50,989 nucleotides of DNA, taken from an uncultured Ureaplasma sp. Lineage in GTDB: Bacteria > Bacillota_I > Bacilli_A > Mycoplasmatales > Mycoplasmoidaceae. The stretch spans positions 1 to 50,989 of the forward strand of contig CASDOM010000008.1 in the NCBI GenBank assembly GCA_949282435.1, read 5' to 3'. Shown in pieces: positions 1-11,622 of this stretch. The translations under genes were made by a program, and so were the position numbers. Below the pieces are notes generated by a model that saw only the letters and a list, made by a program, of their open reading frames with translations, did not search any database and had not been told where the DNA came from. Within the stretch, counting starts at the first letter, position 1. Each line of letters starts with the position of its first letter.

Positions 1-2
1 TT

Positions 3-119
3 AATTATTTTAATTTAAAAACCAATTTAAATAATGTATTAAATTTTATTTCAACTAATTTTGAAGGTGAAAGACATTTAAAGAGATTAAACACTATATT
101 GGATTATGAAAACAAATAA
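3..119 (+). CDS. rpiB: ribose-5-phosphate isomerase B, C-terminal fragment (5'-truncated by window)
   Basis: Reads ...FISTNFEGERHLKRLNTILDYENK*, matching the RpiB C-terminal F-x-T-x-FEG-x-RH-x-x-R motif. Confidence 0.7.
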   Translation, partial: NYFNLKTNLNNVLNFISTNFEGERHLKRLNTILDYENK

Positions 120-171
120 AGTGATTTTATACAGTTAAGTAAAAAACCTTAACATTTATTAAAAAATAATC

Positions 172-177
172 TATAAT
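172..177 (+). promoter_or_regulatory. putative -10 box of rpsP operon
   Basis: TATAAT upstream of AAGGAG SD (198-203) and rpsP start. Confidence 0.45.
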
Positions 178-211
178 AATAAAGATATTTATTTATAAAG
201 GAGATTTTATT

Positions 212-514
212 TTGGTAAAAATTAGATTATTGCGTATGGGACGTCACAAATCGCCATCATATCGTATTGTTGTGGCTGATTCTCATGCTAAAGCAAATGG
301 TGCTTATATAGAATTGTTGGGTACATATAATCCATTATTAAACACTATTTCATTAAAAAAAGATGAAATTTTAAAGTGATTAAATAATGGTGCTCAACCT
401 ACTGATACTGTAAAATCATTTTTGAAAAATGAAAATATATGATCTGAATTTGTTAATTCTAAAAAACCTAATCCAAAATTAACAAAAACTAAAAAAACCG
501 CTAAGAAGAAATAA
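212..514 (+). CDS. rpsP: 30S ribosomal protein S16
   Basis: TTG start after AAGGAG; [23 protein letters not shown]...LGTYNP...[13 protein letters not shown] (W=TGA); stop overlaps trmD ATG. Confidence 0.97.
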
Positions 515-1239
515 TGCTATTATCTAAAATTACTTTTTTAACATTATTTCCAGAAATGTATAATGGCTTTATTAATTCATCAATTATTAATAATGCTATT
601 AAAAAAAATAAAATTAAAATAGAGGTCATTAATTTTAGAGATTATTCCAACAATATTCATAAGAAGGTTGATGATTATCCTTATGGTGGTGGACCTGGAA
701 TGGTTATTAGTGTTCAACCAATAGTAGATTGCTTGAAACATATAAAAACACCTGATTCATATACTATTTTGTTAACACCAAGAGGAAAAATATATAATCA
801 GTCTATTGCACATAAATTTGCTAAGAACGTTAAGCATTTAATTATTATTTGTGGGCATTATGAAGGAATAGATGAAAGAATAGTTAATTATATAGATGAT
901 CAAATTAGTATTGGTGATTATATAATGACTGGAGGTGAATTACCTTCTATGATGATTGCGGATAGTGTTATAAGATTAATTGATGGTGTTATTAATTGTG
1001 ATAGTTTAATTGACGAATCTTTTGAAAATAATTTACTCGATTATTCAGTTTATACAAGACCTGCTGAATTTGATGGATATAAAGTACCTTCAGTTTTGTT
1101 ATCGGGTAATCATAATGAGATTTACAAATATAGATTAAATGATCAAATTAAAACTACAAAAACATTTCGTATGGATTTATATAAAAAATATTTAAAAAAA
1201 TTAAACAAGGAGAAAAATAATGTCAGAATTAAAAATTAA
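514..1239 (+). CDS. trmD: tRNA (guanine-N1)-methyltransferase
   Basis: VDDYPYGGGPGMV, CGHYEGIDER, SIGDYIMTGGE; rpsP-trmD-rplS order. Confidence 0.97.
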   Translation: MLLSKITFLTLFPEMYNGFINSSIINNAIKKNKIKIEVINFRDYSNNIHKKVDDYPYGGGPGMVISVQPIVDCLKHIKTPDSYTILLTPRGKIYNQSIAHKFAKNVKHLIIICGHYEGIDERIVNYIDDQISIGDYIMTGGELPSMMIADSVIRLIDGVINCDSLIDESFENNLLDYSVYTRPAEFDGYKVPSVLLSGNHNEIYKYRLNDQIKTTKTFRMDLYKKYLKKLNKEKNNVRIKN

Positions 1240-1642
1240 TAAAGGTGCTATTTTGAACACAGTTCAATCTACACAATTAAAAAAAGATATTCCTAATTTT
1301 GGATCCGGTGATACTATTGTTGTTTGAAATAAAATAGTTGAAGAAAAAAAGACCAGAATACAAAAATTTGAAGGTATTGTATTACGTAGAAAAGGAAGTG
1401 GAGCAAGCGAAACTGTTATTGTTCGTAAAGAATCTAATGGTGTTTGAGTGGAATTAGGTTTTGATATCCATAGTCCATTAATTGAAAAAATTGAAGTTAA
1501 AAAATATGGTAAAACTCGTAGAGCATATATTTCTTATATGAGACAACGTTCTGGTAAATCTGCTAGATTAAAAGAATTATTTAAAAAAAATAAATTGATT
1601 TCCTGGACACATGAAAAAAGCGACTCAAGATATATTGAGTAA
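1220..1642 (+). CDS. rplS: 50S ribosomal protein L19
   Basis: ATG after AAGGAG; [31 protein letters not shown]; two TGA=Trp. Confidence 0.95.
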
Positions 1643-2390
1643 GCTTAAGTATGTTGATTTAATTGTTGAAGTCATTGACGCAAGATGTATCAATTCATCA
1701 TCTAATAATGAATTGATTACTTTAATACAAAATAAACCAATTGTTAAAATAGCTTTAAAAAATGATCTGTCTATTTTAAATGAACAATATGAATCTTCTT
1801 TAATAATTACAAATACTAAACATAATAATAGAAATAAAATTATTGATGTTTTTTATAATATTTTGAGTGAAAAAATTGATAAATATCATAAAAAAGGATT
1901 AGTTAATCCAAAGTTTGTTATTATGGTTGTTGGTTTACCAAATGTTGGAAAATCCAGTTTGATAAATTTATTAAAAAATAAAAATCATTTAGTATCTAAA
2001 AATTTACCCGGAGTTACTAAAAATTTAAATTTAGTAAATATTAATAAAAATTTTGATTTAATTGATACACCTGGAATTTTATTTAAAAATATTGTAGATG
2101 ATAATGTTGGTTATAAATTAGCCTTAATTAATTGCATTAAAAAAGATGTATTAATTCTTGAACATGTAATTAAATTTGGTTTTGATTATTATTTTAAAAA
2201 TCATTATCAACAATTGAAGACATTTTATAATATTGATGATTTTCAAAACTATGATGAATTTATATTATTAATTTCTAATAGATATAAATATTATTCAAAA
2301 TCAAATTCGATTGATTATTATCGTTTAGAAAATAGACTTTACAATGATTTTATTAATTGTAAAATTTGTAAAGTAAATCTGGATGTATAG
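1590..2390 (+). CDS. rbgA: ribosome biogenesis GTPase RbgA/YlqF (start uncertain)
   Basis: [11 protein letters not shown] begins at 1590, upstream of the ATG at 1611; [20 protein letters not shown] motifs. Confidence 0.9.
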
Positions 2391-2446
2391 ATTAAGTAAA
2401 TTTAAATTATTTTTTCATTATGTATTAATGGAGGAATAATTTAAAT

Positions 2447-3052
2447 ATGGTAGATAGTTTTTTTGGTAAATTAATATTTAAACAAAAAGAGTTTATCTAT
2501 TTACAAAATGTAAATGGGTGCCGCGAAATATATTTATTATCAACAACTAATTATATTGTTGGTAATGAATATTTTTTTTACATATATCAGTGTAATCTAG
2601 CTAATAAAAAAAATTTTGAAATGAAATATCATATTGGATTTACAAATTTAGTTGAATTAATTGCATTTAAAGAATTAATTTTAATTGATGGAATTGGTAT
2701 TAAAACTGCATTAAAAATTATTAGTGTTGGGCTTAATGATTTAAAACATTTTGCGTTAGAACATGACTATGTTTCAATTATAAATTATTATAAAATCAAT
2801 GAAACTATTGCTAAAAATATCATCAAACATTATACTAATAAAGAGTTAAATGAATGTGAACAAGGTGATAATACAAAAATAAAATCAGCAATAAATACTT
2901 TAAATAATTTAGGGTATTCAAAAGAATTGGCAACAAAAATTGTTTTAAATCGTAAGAATGAAATTATACAAAATAATTTTAATGACATATTTTACACTTT
3001 AATTTCAGATATTAAAAATGAACGTGCAAAACTTAAGACCAAAAACATTTAG
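2447..3052 (+). CDS. ruvA: Holliday junction branch migration protein RuvA (divergent)
   Basis: GGAGG SD; HhH motif LILIDGIGIKTALKI; C-terminal LNNLGYS; upstream of ruvB. Confidence 0.85.
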   Translation: MVDSFFGKLIFKQKEFIYLQNVNGCREIYLLSTTNYIVGNEYFFYIYQCNLANKKNFEMKYHIGFTNLVELIAFKELILIDGIGIKTALKIISVGLNDLKHFALEHDYVSIINYYKINETIAKNIIKHYTNKELNECEQGDNTKIKSAINTLNNLGYSKELATKIVLNRKNEIIQNNFNDIFYTLISDIKNERAKLKTKNI

Positions 3053-3968
3053 TGAATTTATTGGTCAAAATAACATTGTTAATTTATTAAAGGTAAGTGT
3101 AAATTTATGTTTAAATAATAACGAAAATTTAGATCATATTATTTTATATGGATATCCAGGAATTGGTAAAACTAGTTTAGCAACCATAATCGCCAATGAA
3201 TTAAATAGAAAAATTCATCATATACATGGTTCAAGTATTAATTTATATAGTGATGTTATTGATATGATGTCAATGGTAAATGAAAATGATATTGTTTTCA
3301 TTGATGAAATTCATATGATTGATCCAAAATGTTTTGAAATGTTTTATGGGATTATTGAAGATTTTGTTATTGATATAAAAATTGGTAAAGAATTAAATTC
3401 ACAATTTACACGACTTAATTTGCCAAAATTTACATTAATATGCGCAACTACATTAATTAGTAAATTACCACAACCATTTATAGATAGATTTCCGATAAAA
3501 CTTTATATTGAAAAATATGATGCAAAAGATATTTTTCAAATTTTACAAAAATTATGCGAGTTAAATAGTCTTAATATTAATGATATTGAATTAGAAATTA
3601 TTGCTAATCGAAGTAGAGGAATTCCACGTTTTGCTATAAATTTATTAAAAAGAATTGCAGAATTTAAGGTATATGATGGTGATAATTTTGATATTTACAA
3701 ATCATTAAATTATATGGGTATATATGAATTTGGTTTAGAAAAAATTGATGTTAATTATTTGCAATTATTATATAATTCGAATAACAAACCTATGGGATTA
3801 AATTGTTTATCCCAAAATCTTGCAATAGATAAAAATACAATTGAAAATAAAATCGAACCATATTTAATTAATCAAGGTTTAATATGTAGATTAAATAATG
3901 GTAGGACATTAACAATAAAAGGAAAAGAATATATATTGAATTATTTAACAAAGTTTAAACAAACCTAA
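3018..3968 (+). CDS. ruvB: Holliday junction ATPase RuvB
   Basis: LRPKTFSEFIGQ, GYPGIGKT, FIDEIH, SRGIPRFA, IEPYL. Confidence 0.96.
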   Translation: MNVQNLRPKTFSEFIGQNNIVNLLKVSVNLCLNNNENLDHIILYGYPGIGKTSLATIIANELNRKIHHIHGSSINLYSDVIDMMSMVNENDIVFIDEIHMIDPKCFEMFYGIIEDFVIDIKIGKELNSQFTRLNLPKFTLICATTLISKLPQPFIDRFPIKLYIEKYDAKDIFQILQKLCELNSLNINDIELEIIANRSRGIPRFAINLLKRIAEFKVYDGDNFDIYKSLNYMGIYEFGLEKIDVNYLQLLYNSNNKPMGLNCLSQNLAIDKNTIENKIEPYLINQGLICRLNNGRTLTIKGKEYILNYLTKFKQT

Positions 3969-4682
3969 AAATTCTTTATTAGAACTTTTTGCACCTAATA
4001 TTGGTGATGTTGTTATTTTAACAAGTTTTAAACTATTTTCTTCTGCGTATTTCTTAACATTTTCGATTGCCATATCATGATATTTAGGATTATTAATTTT
4101 TCCTTTAGTTTTGTTTAATATTTCAATATTTAATTCAAATTGTGGTTTAATTAAACAAATAATTATTGTATTTATATTAATTAAATGTTTAATATTTGAA
4201 AACACATATTTTAAACTGATAAAACTTACATCACAAACTATAACATCAATGTTTGAGTTGAATTTAACTTTATCAATATCTTTTATATTTGTTTTTTCTA
4301 TATTTACGATTTTAGGATTATTAAGTAATTTTGCACTTAATTGATTTGTTCCGACATCTAAAGCAAATACTTTTTTTGCATTATTTTGCAAACAACAATC
4401 ACTAAACCCACCTGTTGATGCTCCTATATCTAAAACAATTTTATTGTTTAAGTCAATATTAAATTCTTTTAATGCTTTTTCAAGTTTGTATCCACCTCTA
4501 GATACATATTTTTCATTATCAATAATTTTGATATCATCATTTTCATTTACTAAATAATTAGTTTTATCGATTATTTTATTATTTACACATATACGATTGT
4601 TCAAAATCATTTTTTGAACATAATTCCTACTTGTTAAATTAAATTTTTTTAATATGTAAATATCTAATCTTATTTTTTCCAT
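3945..4682 (-). CDS. tlyA: TlyA family rRNA 2'-O-methyltransferase
   Basis: S4 domain RLD, YVSRGGYKL, DIGASTGGF, DVSFISL, LIKPQFE. Confidence 0.95.
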   Translation of the reverse strand: MEKIRLDIYILKKFNLTSRNYVQKMILNNRICVNNKIIDKTNYLVNENDDIKIIDNEKYVSRGGYKLEKALKEFNIDLNNKIVLDIGASTGGFSDCCLQNNAKKVFALDVGTNQLSAKLLNNPKIVNIEKTNIKDIDKVKFNSNIDVIVCDVSFISLKYVFSNIKHLININTIIICLIKPQFELNIEILNKTKGKINNPKYHDMAIENVKKYAEENSLKLVKITTSPILGAKSSNKEFLGLFKLC

Positions 4683-4710
4683 ACATAAAATTATATATTA
4701 ATATATTAAT

Positions 4711-5517
4711 ATGAGAACTATACTAGGTAATATAATCCAAGCTAATAAAATTTTTAAAATGATCAATAATGGAGACAAGATTGCAATCGGTGTGTCTGGC
4801 GGCAAAGATTCCATGACTTTGTTATATGCTATGGCACTATATAAAAAACGTTTAAAACAAGATTATAATTGAGATATCGAAGTCATAGGTATCCATTTAA
4901 AAATGAATTTATGTGCAATAGATTATGATCCAATTATTGATTTTTGAAAAAAAATGGATATTAATTTTATGGTTGTTAAAACTGATATTGGCGAAATTCT
5001 AAAGGCTAATATGAAAAAAAATAAAATTCAATGTTCGTTATGTTCAAAAATGAAAAAAGCTGCATTAATTGATGCAGCAAAAAAATATGGATGTAATAAA
5101 GTGGCAATGGGTCATCATGCTGATGATGCAATTGAAACTTTATTTATGAATATGATTAATGAAGGTAGGATTGCTACTTTTAAGCCTAAAATGTATTTAG
5201 ATCGTTCTAATATTGAATTTATTAGACCATTAATATTGTCTAGAGAAGATAGCATTAAAAAAGCTGCTAAAAAAATAGATATTCCTGTTGTTCCTTGTGG
5301 TTGTCCAATGGAGGGATTTACACAAAGAGATGCAATGAAAGAATTTTTAAGAACAAAAATATACAATAATGAAAAAATGAAACATGCATATAATAATTTT
5401 TATGTATCATTATTAAACGGTAGTGGTTTTGATTTATGATTTATAGATAAGGATAATGATCATATTAATAATCAAGATTTACGGGAATTTATCAAAAATA
5501 ACGGCAAAATTATATAA
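4711..5517 (+). CDS. ttcA: tRNA 2-thiocytidine biosynthesis TtcA family protein
   Basis: PP-loop SGGKDS, CSLC, GHHADD, IRPL, PCGCP; joined across TGA codons. Confidence 0.88.
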
Positions 5518-5600
5518 ATATTTATTAATTATGAAAACTTTTAATATAAAATATATTAATGTTAAATAAATTATTTCTGATTAAAAGAGTGTAAATAAAT

Positions 5601-6860
5601 ATGAATTACAAAAAAATTTTTAGATTATCTAGTACAAATGTAAAAAACAAAACTGTATTATTACGTTTAGATTTAAATGTTCCTGTTATTGATAAAAAAA
5701 TCACATCAACAAAAAGAATTGATGAATCTTTACAAACAATTAATTATTTATTAGATCAAAATGCAAAAGTTGTTATTTTATCTCATTTTGGTAGAATCAA
5801 ATCAATTAATGATATTAAGTCTGGAAAATTTTCTTTATTACCTGTTGCTAGAGAACTTGCAAACAAATTAGCTAATAGTAATATAAACAAAATTAAATTT
5901 ATTACTGATAATAAAGGACAAATTGTTGAAGAAGAAATTCGCAATATGGAAAGTAGAGATATTATCATTTTAGAAAACACACGTTACAATGACATTAGTA
6001 GAGAAGGTGAATTAATTAACCTTGAATCTGGTTGTGATAATGAATTATCTCAATATTGATCAAGTTTATGTGATGTTTATTGTAATGATGCTTTTGGCGC
6101 TGCTCACAGAAAACACGCTTCAACATTTGGAATTGGTAGTTTTACTAAAAAATCATGTATTGGTTTTTTAATGGATAAAGAATTAAATACTCTTACAAGT
6201 GTAATTGAAAAACCTAAAAAACCATTATTAGTAATTTTTGGTGGTGCAAAAGTAAGTGATAAATTAAAAGCAGTTGAATCTATTATTGGTGTTGCTGATA
6301 AAGTTATTATTTCTGGTGGTATGGCTTATACATTTGCTGCTGCAAAAGGTTTTGATGTTGGTTTATCATTAGTTGAAAAAGATATGATTCCAGTTGCTCA
6401 AGAATTAATGGAAAAATATGGTGATAAATTATGTATTTCTTCTGATTTTATGTGTTCACCAAAATTTGCTGATTTAAAACCACAATATAGAACTCAAGAA
6501 GAAGGTTTAAAAGGTTTAATGGGTCTTGACATTGGCCAAAAATCAATTGATGAATTTGTTGAACAAATTAATGATTCATACACAATTTTATGAAATGGAC
6601 CTATGGGTGTAACTGAATTTGATAATTATACTAAAGGAACAAATGAAATTTGCAAATCAATTGCAGAAAGAACAAATGCTGGTGCATTTACAGTAATTGG
6701 TGGTGGTGATTCTGCTGCTGCTGCTGAAAAATTAGGTATGGAAAATTCATTTAGTTTTATTTCTACAGGTGGTGGTGCTTCATTAGCATTAATTGAAGGT
6801 AGAGATTTAGAAGGTATTTCTTCAATTGCTTTAACAAGTTTCTTTCACAAAAAACAATAA
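5601..6860 (+). CDS. pgk: phosphoglycerate kinase
   Basis: [54 protein letters not shown]. Confidence 0.97.
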
Positions 6861-6880
6861 TTTATTTATTTGTAATTTTT

Positions 6881-7588
6881 ATGACAACACATAATAGAGC
6901 AAAAAAAGGTGAAATAGCAAAAGTTGTTTTAATGGCCGGCGATCCATTAAGAGTTAAATGAATTGCTGAAAATTTTTTAGATAATGTTAAGTTAGTTAAT
7001 GATATTAGATCAACTTATTGTTATACTGGTGAATATAAAGGTAAGTTAGTATCAATAATGGCTCATGGTATGGGTAATCCATCTATTGGTATTTATTCAT
7101 ATGAATTGTTTAAATTTTATGATGTAGATATCATTATTAGAATTGGTTCAGCAGGTTCATATTCTTCTTCAATTAATATTAGTGATTTAATATTAGTTAA
7201 AGAATCATATAGTGAATCTACATATGCCAAATTATTAAATAACTATAATGATGATGTATTTTACCCTTCTGAAAATGTTAATAATCTTATTATTAATGTT
7301 GCAAAACAAAACAATTTACCTTTAAATGTAGTTCGTTGTCATTCTTCTGATGTTTTTTACTCTAATGAAAAATTAGATTCAATTATTAAGAGAACACATG
7401 CACAATGTGTTGAAATGGAATCATTTGCTTTGTTTGTAAATGCAAAAATGTTGAATAAATCTGCTGCAGTTATTTTAACATGTAGCGATTCTTTGGTAAC
7501 AGGTGATGCATTAAGTCCTGATATGCGTCAAACTTCATTTACTAATATGATTAAATTAGCATTAGAATCTGCTATTAAACTTATTTAA
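6881..7588 (+). CDS. deoD: purine nucleoside phosphorylase
   Basis: AGDPLRVKWIAENFL, HGMGNPS, RIGSAG, VEMES. Confidence 0.96.
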
Positions 7589-7591
7589 ATT

Positions 7592-8719
7592 ATGGAAAAA
7601 ATTTTATTTACATCTGAATCTGTTGGACCTGGTCATCCTGATAAAATTTGTGATCAAATATCTGATTTAATTTTAGAAAAATGCTTGCAACAAGATAAAA
7701 ATAGTAAAGTTGCGTGTGAAGTTTTTGCTTCTAATCGTTTAATTGTAATTGGTGGTGAAATCACTACTAATGCATATGTAGATGTTGTTAAAGAGGCATG
7801 AAATGTATTATTTCCATTAGGATATAATGAATCTGACTTTACCATTATATCTAATATAAACAAACAATCATCTGATATTAACCACGCTGTGTTTAAATCA
7901 AATAATGAAATTTGTGCTGGTGATCAAGGGATTGTTTTTGGTTTTGCATGTGATGAAACAAAAGAATTAATGCCTTTGCCTATTGTTTTGGCACATAAAT
8001 TGGTTCAAAAAATTGAATTATCAAGATTGAGTAAAGAAAATTCATGATTAAAATCTGATATGAAATCTCAAGTAACTATTGATTATACTGATAAGAATAA
8101 TATTCGTATCGACACTATGTTAGTATCAGTACAACATCAAGATAAAACCCCATATCAAACTATTAAATCATTTGTTGAATCAAAAATGATTGAATTAGCT
8201 AAAGAATATAATTTAAATTTAGATTTTAATAAAATTGTTAATCCATCAGGTAATTTTGTTATTGGAGGACCAGTTGGTGATACAGGTTTAACTGGTAGAA
8301 AAATTATTGTTGACACTTATGGCGGATATTCTAGACATGGTGGTGGAGCATTTAGCGGTAAAGATCCTTCAAAAGTAGATAGAAGCGCTTCATATTTTGC
8401 AAGATATATTGCTAAAAATATTGTCGCAAGTGGTTTAGCTAAAAAATGTGAAATTCAACTTTCATTTGGAATAGGTATGCCCGAACCAATTTCTATTAAT
8501 GTTAATACTTTTAATACTTCAAAATTATCAGATGAAGAATTAATTCAAATTATTAAGAAGACCTTTTCTTTAAAAGTAAATGATTTTATTAATAATTTAG
8601 ATTTATATAATCAACCATTTTTTAAAACATCTACATATGGACATTTTGGTAGAAATGATTTAAATTTATCTTGAGAAAAAAATGATAAAATTGGCCAATT
8701 AAAATTATATAATAAGTAA
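7592..8719 (+). CDS. metK: S-adenosylmethionine synthetase
   Basis: [47 protein letters not shown]. Confidence 0.97.
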
Positions 8720-8736
8720 TATAGTAGGAGAAAAGT

Positions 8737-8853
8737 ATGAAATTATTTAAATTATCTGACGAAGAATTAAATAATATTGATAAACAAAGAGATGAATTAA
8801 TTGAATTAGCATCTTCTTTGTCTGAAATTTTTAATAAAATGAATAATAAGTAA
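8737..8853 (+). CDS. 38-aa hypothetical small protein
   Basis: AGGAG SD 6 nt before ATG; MKLFKLSDEELNNIDKQRDELIELASSLSEIFNKMNNK*. Confidence 0.6.
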   Translation: MKLFKLSDEELNNIDKQRDELIELASSLSEIFNKMNNK

Positions 8854-8893
8854 ATTTATTTATCTTTTTAACATTATACATATTTATATAAAT

Positions 8894-8924
8894 AAGTGTA
8901 TCTTGTTAAAAAGGTACACTTTTT
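8894..8924 (+). terminator. intrinsic terminator-like hairpin
   Basis: AAGTGTATCTT-loop-AAGGTACACTT followed by T run. Confidence 0.6.
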
Positions 8925-8954
8925 ATTATTTATATATTCAATAGGTATGTTATT

Positions 8955-10313
8955 ATGATGGAAATTAAAGAATTATTAGTTAATTATAAAAAAAATGAAA
9001 ATAAAACAATTGAATTACAAGCCTTTGTTAGAAACAATAGATTTAATGGTAATATTGGTTTTTTATCAATTAACGATGGTACAGATTTAGATAGAGTTCA
9101 AATTGTTTATAAAAAAGAAAATATTAATAATATTGATGAAGTTTCTTCAATTAGATTAGGTGCTGCAATATATATAAAAGGTAAAATATTATTAACACCT
9201 AATTCCCAACAACCATTTGAAATTGTTGCTGAAAAAATTACTTTATTAAAACAATGTGATGAACAATATCCACTTCAAAATAAAAAACACGGATTAGAAT
9301 TTTTACGTGACATTGCTCATTTAAGACCTAGAACAAAATTATTTAATGCAGTAATGAGAGCAAGAAGTGAAATTGCTTTTGCAATTCATGATTTTTTTCA
9401 TAAAAATGGATATGTATGAACTGCTACACCGCTTATTACATCTAATGATGGAGAAGGGGCTGGTGAAACTTTCTTTGTAACTACAAATGATTCTGAAGAC
9501 TTTTTTAACAAAAAAGCTTGTTTAACAGTTACTGGTCAGTTGCACGGTGAAGCATATGCACAAGCATTTAAAAAAATATATACTTTTGGCCCTACATTTA
9601 GAGCTGAAAAATCACATACTGCAAGACATGCTGCTGAATTTTGAATGATAGAACCTGAAATTGCTTTTTGTGATTTGAAACAATTAATGAAAATTGCTGA
9701 AAAAATGATTAAACATATTTTAAAACATTATCAAAAAACATGTAAAAAAGAAATTGAATTGTTTAATAATGAATTAGATAATAACTTAAAAGATAGAATT
9801 GAAAATTTAATTAGTTCAAAATTTACTAAATTATCATATCAAGATGGTATAAAAATTTTATCTGATGCAGTTAATAATGGTCATAAGTTTGAAGATAATA
9901 ATATTTATTTTGGTATGGATTTAGCTAGTGAGCATGAACGTTATATTTGTGAAAATATAGTTGAAGGACCAGTTTTTTTATATAATTACCCAAAAGATAT
10001 TAAGGCGTTTTACATGAAACAAAATTCTGATAAAAAAACTGTTGCTGCTACAGATTTATTAGTACCTGGAATAGGTGAATTAATTGGCGGTTCCCAAAGG
10101 GAAGATGATTACAATAAATTGTTAAATAGATGTAATGAATTAAAAATGGATATTGAACCATTAGAATGATATTTAAATTTAAGAAAATATGGATATTATA
10201 TGTCTAGTGGATTTGGTTTAGGATTTGAAAGATTAGTTATGTATTTAACTGGTATTAATAATATTCGTGATGCAATTCCATTCCCTAGATCTCATGGTTT
10301 ATTAAACTTTTAA
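8955..10313 (+). CDS. asnS: asparagine--tRNA ligase
   Basis: OB-fold N-terminus, [39 protein letters not shown]. Confidence 0.96.
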
Positions 10314-10316
10314 TAT

Positions 10317-10943
10317 ATGCTTTTAAATAATTTTTTTTCTAAAAAAAATATACCTAATTATTTAACTATTTTAAGAATTATTTTAGCGATAATAATAATT
10401 CCTGTTTTGTTAGTTGATTTTAATATTGTTGTATATAAAATTAATTTCCAAAATACCAATATAGACATTAAACTAAATATCATTATTGGTTTATGTTTGT
10501 TTTGTGTTTCTGCAATTTCTGATGCACTTGATGGTTTTTTAGCTCGTAAATATAATTGAATAAGTGATTTTGGTAAATTTTGAGATCCAATTGCTGATAA
10601 AATTTTAACAAACTCTACTTTATTTTGTTTAGCTGCACCTATTAATAATTTATTACCAATTTGGATTCCTATTATTTTTTTAATTAGAGATATTATTATT
10701 GATGGCACAAGAATGGTTGCATCAAAAAATAATATTGTTATTGCGGCAAATATATGAGGAAAATTAAAAACTATAAATTTAATGATTGGAATCATAATCT
10801 TGATGTTAATTGGATCATCATATTCTTCTAACAGTTTGTATTATTGATTAATTCAAAATTTATTAATTTATACAAGTTTATTATTATCAATCATTTCAGG
10901 GTGTATTTATTTATATAATTATTACTTAAAAACCAAAAAATAA
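10317..10943 (+). CDS. pgsA: CDP-diacylglycerol--glycerol-3-phosphate 3-phosphatidyltransferase
   Basis: [45 protein letters not shown]. Confidence 0.93.
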
Positions 10944-10972
10944 TTATATATTTATAATTAAAGGAGATTTAT

Positions 10973-11614
10973 ATGGATGTTAAAAAATATAATTTTTATA
11001 AATCTACAAATGAATTATTAAATTCATTAATAGCCACTTTATCTTTCCAATTAAATTTAATAAAAATTGAACCCAAAATTTTTACAAATAATTTTGATGA
11101 ACAATCACTTGAATTATCCAATATCAAAAATTATAGAATTTGTAATAATTATTTTTTATATATGATTAATATTGCACAAGATTTTGATTCAAATTATGGT
11201 TTACTATTAAATTCATGTACATTAAGTGATAATAGTATTTTCCAACAATTAGAAATTTTGGTAAAAATTGATGATTCAAAAATGAACAGTGAATCATTAA
11301 CAAAAATTGTTGACAAATGTCATTTTTGTTTAAAGAGCAGTATTGACTATATTTGTTTGTTATACCCTAATTTAAATTTTAATTTGGAATCAGAAATCAT
11401 TAAATTTTACAATACAAATATTAATAATATAAGCTCTAATCATAAATGTATAGTTATAATTAATGATTTAGAGGCAACAATTTATTTATATAATGAAACA
11501 AAAAAAGTATATTATGATATTTTTATTATAAAATTAGTATCTTATAATAATTGCAATTATTGCTATATTGTGAATAAATATCATAATGTACACTCGTTAT
11601 TATTTGATATATAA
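10973..11614 (+). CDS. hypothetical protein, probable degenerate aspartate--ammonia ligase (AsnA) homologue
   Basis: AAGGAG SD; LSFQLNLIKIEPKIF and SLTKIVDKCHFCLKSSIDYICLLYPNL resemble AsnA segments, but catalytic motifs are absent. Confidence 0.5.
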   Translation: MDVKKYNFYKSTNELLNSLIATLSFQLNLIKIEPKIFTNNFDEQSLELSNIKNYRICNNYFLYMINIAQDFDSNYGLLLNSCTLSDNSIFQQLEILVKIDDSKMNSESLTKIVDKCHFCLKSSIDYICLLYPNLNFNLESEIIKFYNTNINNISSNHKCIVIINDLEATIYLYNETKKVYYDIFIIKLVSYNNCNYCYIVNKYHNVHSLLFDI

Positions 11615-11622
11615 GGATATAT

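Noticed and set aside
3945-3968. Convergent 3' overlaps (ruvB/tlyA, gapN/rnr, recA/coaD) as antisense regulation
   Set aside because: Overlaps of 4-24 nt are ordinary in compact AT-rich genomes
7588-7592. SAM riboswitch before metK and M-box before mgtE
   Set aside because: The intergenic gaps are 3 nt and 32 nt, too short for either
8854-8954. T-box attenuator upstream of asnS (or thrS)
   Set aside because: The hairpin lacks a T-box UGGNACC antiterminator or stem I, and the spacer is too short; thrS has under 20 nt of leader
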